Source: an uncultured archaeon
GTDB taxonomy: Archaea; Iainarchaeota; Iainarchaeia; Iainarchaeales; 0-14-0-20-30-16
NCBI GenBank assembly: GCA_964565725.1
Contig: CAZMGA010000001.1
Location: 2,518 to 34,517, forward strand
Length of the DNA: 32,000 nt
Reading direction: 5' to 3'
Positions 1-7,795 of the stretch are shown in pieces. The position numbers and the translations under genes were made by a program. The notes beneath the pieces are model-generated. The model was not told the origin of the DNA. It saw nothing but the letters and a program-made list of their open reading frames with translations, and searched no databases. Numbering within the stretch: the stretch's first letter is position 1; each line of letters opens with the position of its first letter.

Positions 1-296
1 AAAAAAACACTAATTTCAAATATACCTGTACATAAATTAATTATACTAAATTGCAAATTATAAACTAAAAGAACATAATAATCTTGATAAAAATAAATTT
101 CATTAGGAATTTTAAAAAAGTCAAAAACATAAGATACTAAAAAAGCAAACATTTTTGAAAAATTTAATAACGAAAAAAATAAATAAAATAATACAAAAAA
201 AATAACAGTTAAAATTAAAAAAGCAATTAAATGATATTTTTTATTTTTTATAATTTCTTGATATTTTTTTTTGATATTTTTTTTTGAAAATTTCAA
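1..296 (-). CDS. Partial CDS running off the left edge: multi-pass membrane protein resembling the archaeosortase/exosortase family (N-terminal part)
   Basis: Own reverse-strand translation from TTG at 296: (M)KFSKKNIKKKYQEIIKNKKYHLIAFLILTVIFFVLFYLFFSLLNFSKMFAFLVSYVFDFFKIPNEIYFYQDYYVLLVYNLQFSIINLCTGIFEISVFF... open to base 1. Hydrophobic segments plus a Cys-Thr-Gly motif like the catalytic Cys region of archaeo/exosortases. GAGGG just upstream of the start. Confidence 0.55.
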   Translation of the reverse strand, partial: MKFSKKNIKKKYQEIIKNKKYHLIAFLILTVIFFVLFYLFFSLLNFSKMFAFLVSYVFDFFKIPNEIYFYQDYYVLLVYNLQFSIINLCTGIFEISVF

Positions 297-305
297 ATAA
301 TCCCT

Positions 306-1106
306 CTATTTTAATTTTTCTAATATGTTGTGTAATTCTTTTTTTGCACCTCTTTCTCCAGCCTTAACATAACTCAACATATTTTTTTGACTAAAATTAT
401 CTTCAATATATTCATAGTCGGGATAAATTATGATTTTATCCGAAAATAATTTCACATTATAATCTCCAATTGCTTGTTGAATTATATATAATAATCTAGC
501 AAATACTTGCAAAGAACTTGGTTTTTTAGAATATGTTTTCTCTACTTTTGGAAATAAATTTACGCCTATTAATACATTACAACCAGAAGCTTCTAAAACT
601 TTTAACGGAACAGGATCTAATAAGCCCCCATCTACTAACCAAGCACCCCAATGAAAATGAGGTGGAAAAACCATGGGCACAGACATACTTGCCAAAATAC
701 CATCTTTTATATACCCTGTTTTTATTTCCACAGGTTCTCCTTTTTCTAAATCTACGGCCATTACTGAAAAAGGAATTTTACAATCTGAAAATTTTTTATT
801 TCCAAAAACAGAATCTAAAAAAATATATATTTCATTTATTAATTTTTTACTTTCTAATACCGTAGTAACGCTAAACAATTTAAAACTAAATTTCTTTAAA
901 AAATCATAACAATCTTTTTCTAATTTTGTTCTATCTTTAAACAAACTATAATGAGCCCCAATTATTGAACCTATACTTGCACCAGAAATAACATCTATAG
1001 GCAAATTATGTTCTTCAAAAACTTTTATTACTCCTATGTGCGCAAAACCTAAAGATCCTCCAGACCCAAACGCAACGCCTACTTTTTTATCACTCATAAT
1101 TATCAC
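306..1106 (-). CDS. Patatin-like phospholipase (RssA/NTE-type); start GTG 1106 or ATG 1097
   Basis: GSGGSLGFAHIGVIKVFEE oxyanion region, GASIG nucleophile elbow (GxSxG), VDGGLLDPVP (DGG) catalytic Asp. Confidence 0.9.
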   Translation of the reverse strand: MIIMSDKKVGVAFGSGGSLGFAHIGVIKVFEEHNLPIDVISGASIGSIIGAHYSLFKDRTKLEKDCYDFLKKFSFKLFSVTTVLESKKLINEIYIFLDSVFGNKKFSDCKIPFSVMAVDLEKGEPVEIKTGYIKDGILASMSVPMVFPPHFHWGAWLVDGGLLDPVPLKVLEASGCNVLIGVNLFPKVEKTYSKKPSSLQVFARLLYIIQQAIGDYNVKLFSDKIIIYPDYEYIEDNFSQKNMLSYVKAGERGAKKELHNILEKLK

Positions 1107-1528
1107 TTTAAAATGCCCAAAAAATATTTACCAACATTAATATAATTACTAAATTTTAATAATTTAATTGTATCTAATTTATTTGTCAAATAAAAAATTT
1201 TACTATTATTCCAACTAAATATTAATACCCAATCTTTATCTTTTGATTCCTTTTCTGTTTGAGATATAAATTCATTTAGTCTACTTTTTTTATTAAAAAT
1301 TTCAAATAAAGTAATTGGCGCTTTTGTTTTTTTACATTCTATAATAATATTAGAATATAACTTATTTTCTGTGAACAGATCTCCAAAAAATCTATTGTCT
1401 TCACTTTTATTTATTGTTGAAAAAGCTCCACTCATTGGAACTCTTTTCCAATCAACTTGGGTCATATCAGATAATATTTTTGCAATTTGCCTTTCAAAAC
1501 TTTTTCCTTTATTTATACTATTTACCAT
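1103..1528 (-). CDS. Small PD-(D/E)xK-fold endonuclease, Holliday-junction-resolvase-like
   Basis: GKSFERQIAKIL (helix Glu), GDLF (D), IIIECKKTK (ExK) in the order and spacing of PD-(D/E)xK nucleases. Overlaps the downstream gene by 4 nt and mutL by 1 nt. Confidence 0.65.
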   Translation of the reverse strand: MVNSINKGKSFERQIAKILSDMTQVDWKRVPMSGAFSTINKSEDNRFFGDLFTENKLYSNIIIECKKTKAPITLFEIFNKKSRLNEFISQTEKESKDKDWVLIFSWNNSKIFYLTNKLDTIKLLKFSNYINVGKYFLGILK

Positions 1529-3297
1529 TACAATCTACCTATTTTTTTATACAATTCTTTTTTAGTTAATTCTATTATAATTGGCCTACCATGAGGGCAA
1601 GTATAAGGGTTCTTTGTAGAATATAAATTATTTATAATTTTTTTCATTTCATATTCCCCTAACAAAGTGTCTGCTTTAATTGATGCTTTGCAAGCTAAAC
1701 TAGATAATGTTTTTATTTTTATGGCCTCTAAAATGTTTTTATTTTCCATATTATTTATTATTTCTAATAATAATTCTTTTAATTCAATATTATTTAGAGG
1801 TCTATTAAATATTAAAGGAATACTTCTAATTAATAAAGTATCATTTAAAACAGACACATCAAATCCAAACGTATTTAATAAATTTAAATTATCTAAAAAC
1901 AAATTTAAATATTCTTTTGTAAATTCTAAATTTATAGGAGCAATTAATTCTTGCTTAGCTAACTTTTGATTTTCATATTGTTCTAATAATTTTTCAAAAT
2001 AATATCTTTCTTCTGCAACGTGTTGATCAATTAACATTAAACTTTCATTAACATCTTCAATTAAAATAAATGTTTTATTATACTGCCCAATTATTTTAAA
2101 ATTCTCTTTTTTCACTTCATTATTATTTTGAAATAAATTTAATTTTTGATTTTCATTTAAAACAAAATCTTTTTTAAATTTTGAATTTGCAGGTATGTTT
2201 TCAAACTCTCTACTTTTAAAATAATTTGAATCTTCTTCTGCAATTAAAGACAAAATTTTTGTTCTTTTTTCTTCGTCTTTTTTATCTAAACCCTGTTCTA
2301 ATTTTGATTTTAAAGCATGATATACGGGATAAAAAAAAGTATTATTATCTTTTAATCTAACTTCAAATTTTTGAGGATGTACATTAATATCATAAGTTTT
2401 TGGATTTAACTCTAATAAAACAAATATGTTTGGCTTTCTGTTCTTGGGTATTTTAGCATCAAAAGCTTTAGATATTGCATACAATATTGTTTTATTATTA
2501 ATAGGTCTATTATTTAAATAAATATTTTGAATGGTTTCAAAAGAAATTTCTTTTAATTCTGTAGGATTTGTAAAATAAATTTTTGTTTTAACGATTGGAT
2601 CTGAAAACTCTGCAAATATTGTATTTAAATTGTAAACTTGTTTAATTCTATTAGATATATTCTCTTGTTTAGGGTAATCTAAAATTAACTTATCATTATG
2701 ATATAATTTAATATTTTTATCAAAATTAGATATGGATATATTTTTAACCCAGTCAACTGTTTTTTTTAATTCATAACTATCTGATTTTAAAAATTTTTGT
2801 CTAGCAGGAATATTATAAAATAAATTATAAACATTTACTGTTGTACCAATATATTTTGTGTCGGGCAAAATTTCTTTATTGTTAATATTTAATTTATACG
2901 AAAATTGTGAATTTTTAGTTCCGGATATTATTTCCATTTTAGAAACTTCTGCAATTGTAGCTAACGCCTCTCCTCTAAATCCATAACTTAATACGTTAAA
3001 TATGTCTTCAACATTTTTTATTTTAGAAGTTGCGTGTTTTTTACAACTTAATAATAAATCTTCTTTATCTATTCCAAAACCATTATCTACTACAGTTATT
3101 TGTTTTTTACCTGCTTCTTTTAATTTTATAATTATTTCATTAGCATTAGCATCTAAACTATTTTCTACTAATTCTTTTACTACAGACATGGGTCTTTCTA
3201 TTACTTCTCCTGCTGCAATTTTTGCAATTGTAGATTCATCTAATAAAATAATTTTGCTCATATTAATAATATATAAGATAGATTTATATTTTAACAA
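1528..3297 (-). CDS. mutL: DNA mismatch repair protein MutL, endonuclease-type; true start probably at MSKIILLDE (~3261)
   Basis: GHKL ATPase motifs (ELVENSLDANA, DNGFGI, YGFRGEAL), C-terminal DQHVAEERYYFE (DQHx3Ex4E), ACKASIKA, CPHGRP, and QELIAPI clamp-binding-like motif. Confidence 0.95.
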   Translation of the reverse strand: MLKYKSILYIINMSKIILLDESTIAKIAAGEVIERPMSVVKELVENSLDANANEIIIKLKEAGKKQITVVDNGFGIDKEDLLLSCKKHATSKIKNVEDIFNVLSYGFRGEALATIAEVSKMEIISGTKNSQFSYKLNINNKEILPDTKYIGTTVNVYNLFYNIPARQKFLKSDSYELKKTVDWVKNISISNFDKNIKLYHNDKLILDYPKQENISNRIKQVYNLNTIFAEFSDPIVKTKIYFTNPTELKEISFETIQNIYLNNRPINNKTILYAISKAFDAKIPKNRKPNIFVLLELNPKTYDINVHPQKFEVRLKDNNTFFYPVYHALKSKLEQGLDKKDEEKRTKILSLIAEEDSNYFKSREFENIPANSKFKKDFVLNENQKLNLFQNNNEVKKENFKIIGQYNKTFILIEDVNESLMLIDQHVAEERYYFEKLLEQYENQKLAKQELIAPINLEFTKEYLNLFLDNLNLLNTFGFDVSVLNDTLLIRSIPLIFNRPLNNIELKELLLEIINNMENKNILEAIKIKTLSSLACKASIKADTLLGEYEMKKIINNLYSTKNPYTCPHGRPIIIELTKKELYKKIGRL

Positions 3298-3306
3298 GTT
3301 AAACTC

Positions 3307-5754
3307 TTAAAATAAAGTCTTTTGTACAATTGTTGCTTTATTTTTTTGAATTAAAATAGGAGAATCTTTATTGGAATTATTTATATCTAACGTTTTTTCT
3401 ATTTCTTTTGCGTTGTTTATAACTTCTTGAGGCAAACCAGCTAATTTTGCTACTTCAATACCATAGCTTTTAGATATTGGACCTAATTCTAATTTTCTCA
3501 AAAATATAATATTTCCGTCTATTTCTTTTGCAGAAATATGATAATTTACTATACCATCATATTTATTTTCTAAGTCTGTTAATTGATGATAATGTGTGGC
3601 AAATAAAGTTTTTGAAGCTATTTTGTTGTGGATATATTCTAAAACAGCCCACGCAATACTCATACCATCATATGTAGAAGTACCCCTACCAATTTCATCT
3701 AATAAAATAAAACTGTTTTTTGTACAATTGTTTAATATATTTGCGGTTTCTATCATTTCAACCATAAACGTACTTAAACCCAAAGCTAAATTATCATTAG
3801 CCCCAATTCGAGTAAACAATTTATCTATTGGTTTAAATTCCATATATTCACAGGGAACAAAGGAGCCCATTTGTGCCATAATTAATATTAGTGCATTTTG
3901 TCGCATATATGTACTTTTTCCAGCCATATTTGGGCCAGTAATTATGTGTGTTCTATCTTTTGCAGAAATAAATAAATCATTTGATATAAATTTTTCTTGA
4001 TTTATTCTTTCCAATACAGGATGTCTTCCTTTTTGTATAGTTATTTTATCTTCTTTTATTAAATTTGGTTTTACATAATTATATTTATTGGCAACAATAG
4101 CCAAAGAATTATAAAAATCAATTTCTGCAATTTTTTGCGCCAAATAATAAATTTCAGAAATATTTTCTTTTACTTCTAAAATTATTTTATTAAAAATTTC
4201 TAATTCTAAATTTTTGGCTTTTTCTTCCGCACCTAAAACACTATTTTCTAAATTTTTTAATTCTTCTGTAATTACTCTTTCATTATTAGCTAATGTTTGT
4301 TTTCTAATAAAATAATTTGGCAATTCATTTATTTGGGATTTAGGAATTTCAAAATAAAAACCAAATATTTTATTATACCCTATTCTCAATGTTTTAATAC
4401 CCGTCTTTTCTTTTTCTTTTAATTCTATGTTTATTAAAATATTTTTAAAGTTGGTTTTTATATTTAATAATTCGTCTAATTCATTAGAAAAAGATTTTTT
4501 GATAAAATTGTTTTCTTTATAATTTGTAGGACAATCTTCAATTATAGCAGAATCTAATAAATCACACAAAGTTAATAATTTTTCTGAAAAATCAAATTGC
4601 AAATCTTCCAGATTATTATTTACATATTCTTGTAATGGTTTTATAGCTAATAATGAGTATTTTAGTGTCAATAAATCTCTAGGGTTTGCTAAGTTATACA
4701 TTATTTTTGAAGATAATCGTTCTAAATCAATTATTTTTGATAATTGTTCTTCTAAAAAAACATAATGTGTATCATTAATTATTTTTTCCAAAATATTTAA
4801 CCTTTTATTTATCTCTAATTGATCTGTTAAAGGTAATAAAATATTTTTTTTTAATAATCTTCCACCCATTGGTGTTTTACAATAATCTAAAACAGACATT
4901 AAAGTATTTTGTTTTGTATTTTCTAAATTTAAAACTAATTCTAAATTTTTTATTGTATGAATATCTAAACCCATATATTTTGAATTATCAAAAAATGATA
5001 TTTTAGATACATTTTTCAATTTTGATTTTTGAGTATATTCTATATATTGTAATAATGCTCCTACAGATGAAATTATTTCTTCTTCTTGTTCAATGCCAAA
5101 AGATTTTAAAGATATTACATTAAAATGTTCTTTTATCTTTTCTTCTCCAAAAGATTTATTATAATATATAAAAGGTTGCTCATTTATTTGAACATTAAAT
5201 ATTTTAAATATTGTGTCTTTTATACTTAAATCAAAACTATCGGGAATTAAAATTTCCACGGGGTTTATTTTTGTTAAATCAGCAATTAAATTATTATCGT
5301 TTGTTTTTCCTACATAAAACTGACCTGTAGATAAATCTAAAAAAGAATAACCTATGTTTTTGTTTTTAAATAATGACAACAAATAATTGTTTGTTTTTGA
5401 ATCTAAAAAATCATCTTCAAAAATAGTTCCAGGAGTTACAGTTCTTACTACATCTCTTTTAACTATTCTTCCTTTTGCTAATTTTGGATCTTCAATTTGT
5501 TCTATTATAGTTACAGTTTTACCAGCATTAACCATTTTTTTTAAGTATGTATTTAGAGCATGATAAGGTATTCCTGCCAAAGGTATTTTTGAAGTCTTTC
5601 CTCTTTTTGTTAAAGTTATATTTAAAATTTCTGAAGTTATTTTAGCATCTTCAAAAAAACATTCGTAAAAATCACCCATTCTAAAAAATAATATAGATTT
5701 AGGATATTGTTTTTTTATTTCTAAAAATTGTTTTAATGCTGGAGTTAGTTCCAT
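3307..5754 (-). CDS. mutS: DNA mismatch repair protein MutS (bacterial MutS1 type)
   Basis: FFRMGDFYECF (mismatch-binding FxE), Walker A GPNMAGKSTYMRQ, LLDEIGRGTSTYDG, ATHYHQL. C-terminus QKTLF. Confidence 0.97.
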   Translation of the reverse strand: MELTPALKQFLEIKKQYPKSILFFRMGDFYECFFEDAKITSEILNITLTKRGKTSKIPLAGIPYHALNTYLKKMVNAGKTVTIIEQIEDPKLAKGRIVKRDVVRTVTPGTIFEDDFLDSKTNNYLLSLFKNKNIGYSFLDLSTGQFYVGKTNDNNLIADLTKINPVEILIPDSFDLSIKDTIFKIFNVQINEQPFIYYNKSFGEEKIKEHFNVISLKSFGIEQEEEIISSVGALLQYIEYTQKSKLKNVSKISFFDNSKYMGLDIHTIKNLELVLNLENTKQNTLMSVLDYCKTPMGGRLLKKNILLPLTDQLEINKRLNILEKIINDTHYVFLEEQLSKIIDLERLSSKIMYNLANPRDLLTLKYSLLAIKPLQEYVNNNLEDLQFDFSEKLLTLCDLLDSAIIEDCPTNYKENNFIKKSFSNELDELLNIKTNFKNILINIELKEKEKTGIKTLRIGYNKIFGFYFEIPKSQINELPNYFIRKQTLANNERVITEELKNLENSVLGAEEKAKNLELEIFNKIILEVKENISEIYYLAQKIAEIDFYNSLAIVANKYNYVKPNLIKEDKITIQKGRHPVLERINQEKFISNDLFISAKDRTHIITGPNMAGKSTYMRQNALILIMAQMGSFVPCEYMEFKPIDKLFTRIGANDNLALGLSTFMVEMIETANILNNCTKNSFILLDEIGRGTSTYDGMSIAWAVLEYIHNKIASKTLFATHYHQLTDLENKYDGIVNYHISAKEIDGNIIFLRKLELGPISKSYGIEVAKLAGLPQEVINNAKEIEKTLDINNSNKDSPILIQKNKATIVQKTLF

Positions 5755-5810
5755 TTTATATACACCTATTTAAAAACTGGATTAGTAATCTTTATAAATA
5801 CATATACCCT

Positions 5811-5826
5811 AAAAAATATATAAAAC
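5811..5826 (+). promoter_or_regulatory. Candidate TATA box for rpl15e, with GGTG Shine-Dalgarno at 5850-5853
   Basis: AAAAAATATATAAAAC upstream, then AAGGTGTTGATATG directly before the start codon at 5859. Confidence 0.4.
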
Positions 5827-5858
5827 TATTTTTATTTTAAAATATATAAGGTGTTGAT

Positions 5859-6419
5859 ATGTCATTTACAAAACAATTTAAAGAAACAATGAAAAAAGTA
5901 TTTGCCAAAAAAGATACTAAAGAAGCAGATTATAAGGCAATATACCAAAAAAGATTAATAGAATTTAGAAAATTAAAAACAACAGTTACTAAATTAGAAA
6001 AACCTACAAATATAGTAAGAGCTAGAGAATTAGGTTATAAAGCAAAAAAGGGAATATTTGTAGTATTAGTTAATATTAGAAGAGGAACAGGTTTGTTTAG
6101 ACAACCTATTAGAGGTAGAAAACCTAGAAGAGTTGGATTTACAAAACTTACTAGAAATATAAGTATTCAATCTATTTCTGAACAAAGAGCATCTAGAAAA
6201 TATCCTAATTGTGAAGTATTAAACAGCTATTTTGTAGGAGAAGATGGAAAAAACAAATATTATGAAGTAATTATGTTATCTAAAAACCAACCAGAAGTTA
6301 AAAAGGATAAAAATTTAAAAGCAATAATTAAACAAACTGGAAGGGCTGAAAGAGGACTAACTTCTTCTGCTAAAAAAACAAAAGGTTTAAGAAAAATTAA
6401 GGAAACTAATAGAAAGTAA
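5859..6419 (+). CDS. rpl15e: 50S ribosomal protein L15e
   Basis: KPTNIVRARELGYKAKKGIFVVLVNIRRGTG, RASRKYPNCEVLNSYFVGEDGKNKYYEVI, RAERGLTSSAKKTKGLR are characteristic of L15e. Confidence 0.96.
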   Translation: MSFTKQFKETMKKVFAKKDTKEADYKAIYQKRLIEFRKLKTTVTKLEKPTNIVRARELGYKAKKGIFVVLVNIRRGTGLFRQPIRGRKPRRVGFTKLTRNISIQSISEQRASRKYPNCEVLNSYFVGEDGKNKYYEVIMLSKNQPEVKKDKNLKAIIKQTGRAERGLTSSAKKTKGLRKIKETNRK

Positions 6420-6447
6420 TTAAATCCTTTTTCTTTCTTTTTTTATT

Positions 6448-6927
6448 ATGTTTTATAAATACGAAGAAATTAATTTTATAAATATTAAAGAATTTAAAAA
6501 TGATAAAAATTCTATATTAATACTTTCAAACAAATCAGAATTAAAGTATTTAAATAATTATTCTAACTACAAATTTGGAGCAATTGTAAATAATATTGAT
6601 GATTTACTGTTTTGGAGTAATAAAAAAATAAATTTTATAATAAATCCTTTTAATTATAAAGAACGATTTTTTGATAATAGTACTTTTTCTTTACTAACTA
6701 AAAATAATATAAATATTATTATTATTTGGGATTTGATATTTGAAAAGGAAATTTCAAAACAAATTTTTATTTATAAACATCTAATTATTTTAAATAAATT
6801 ATGCAAAAAAAATAAAATACCTTTAATAATTTTAAATAAAGATCTAGAAAAAACATATCAAATTTATAAAATTTTAAATTATAATAAAAAACAAGCAAAA
6901 TATTTTTTATCTTTGGTGAAATTATGA
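6448..6927 (+). CDS. rnp3: RNase P protein component 3 (Rpp30-like)
   Basis: INFIINPF...LLTKNNINIIIIWDLI...ILNKLCKKNKIPLIILN...ILNYNKKQAKYFLS matches the Rpp30 TIM-barrel pattern. Position after L15e and before Pop5 is the usual archaeal order. Confidence 0.75.
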   Translation: MFYKYEEINFINIKEFKNDKNSILILSNKSELKYLNNYSNYKFGAIVNNIDDLLFWSNKKINFIINPFNYKERFFDNSTFSLLTKNNINIIIIWDLIFEKEISKQIFIYKHLIILNKLCKKNKIPLIILNKDLEKTYQIYKILNYNKKQAKYFLSLVKL

Positions 6928-7199
6928 AAACAAAATTAAAAACATTACCTAAAAGTTTAAGAGAAATTAGGCGTTATATTTATATTGAAAACATAAATAT
7001 TTCTAGCATTAAAAATAATTTTATAAAAAAACATGGCGTTTTTAAATTTGCAGAAAGTGATTTTACAATAAAAAATTATAAAAACAATAAAATTATTAGA
7101 ATCAATAATAAATTTTTAAATGATTTAAAAACAATTTTTAAAGACGAAAATATAAAAATCATAAAAATTTCAGGAACATTAAAAGGGCTTAAAATATGA
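6924..7199 (+). CDS. rnp2: RNase P protein component 2 (Pop5-like)
   Basis: N-terminal LPKSLREIRRYIYIE and C-terminal IIKISGTLKGL match Pop5 ends. ATGA overlap with the preceding ORF. Confidence 0.75.
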   Translation: MKTKLKTLPKSLREIRRYIYIENINISSIKNNFIKKHGVFKFAESDFTIKNYKNNKIIRINNKFLNDLKTIFKDENIKIIKISGTLKGLKI

Positions 7200-7492
7200 A
7201 TCAAAAAGCAATTGCAGAAAATATAAAAAATGAATTAAAAGAATTATTATTAAAAGTAAAAGATAATGATTTAAAGAAAAACATTATTTTAGAAATAAAT
7301 TCTTTAAATAAGAGATTTAGTTTAAAGAAAAAAAATTTTGAAAAAGATTTGTATTGTAAAAAATGTAATGATTTTGATAAAATTAAAAAAATTAGATTTA
7401 AAACAATTTTAAAAAACAGAGAAAAATATTTACAAAAAATAACTATTTGTGAGTGTGGTTATGAAAAAAAAAAAATTATATTTAAATTTTAA
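7196..7492 (+). CDS. rnp4: RNase P protein component 4 (Rpp21/Rpr2-like), zinc-ribbon
   Basis: Helical N-terminus, then YCKKC...RFKTILKNREKYLQKITICECGYEKK. ATGA overlap with Pop5-like ORF. Confidence 0.65.
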   Translation: MNQKAIAENIKNELKELLLKVKDNDLKKNIILEINSLNKRFSLKKKNFEKDLYCKKCNDFDKIKKIRFKTILKNREKYLQKITICECGYEKKKIIFKF

Positions 7493-7787
7493 TTTTTTAT
7501 TAATAATCATAATTTTGATTTTTTTATTAATATTATTTTTTATACCTTTAGAATTTAAAACTATTAAAGATTTGAAAACTATAAATTCTGGAAATTATAT
7601 TACTAAAGGATACATATCTTCGTATTATTATAAAGAAAATTATACCTATTTAACAATGAGTGATTTAAATAACAATTTATATGGAATATATCCTAATAAA
7701 TATATTTTTAAAAATAACCTATTATATAACTTTGAATGTCAAATTAATAATTCTATTTGCTATATAAAAAAAATAAAAGAAGGATAA
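7449..7787 (+). CDS. Membrane-anchored small protein with possible OB-fold domain; likely start ATG 7461
   Basis: N-terminal TM (FNFLLIIIILIFLLILFFI) then NSGNYITKGYISSYYYKENYTYLTMSDLNNNLYGIYPN, an OB-fold-like pattern. Overlaps the end of the Rpp21-like ORF. Confidence 0.5.
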   Translation: MSVVMKKKKLYLNFNFLLIIIILIFLLILFFIPLEFKTIKDLKTINSGNYITKGYISSYYYKENYTYLTMSDLNNNLYGIYPNKYIFKNNLLYNFECQINNSICYIKKIKEG

Positions 7788-7795
7788 GAAGTAAA

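Noticed and set aside
3002-3310. Plus-strand ORFs over mutL/mutS (533-865, 673-909, 1371-1565, 1667-1969, 3002-3310, 3596-4000)
   Set aside because: All lie antisense to strongly supported CDSs and show no family signature.
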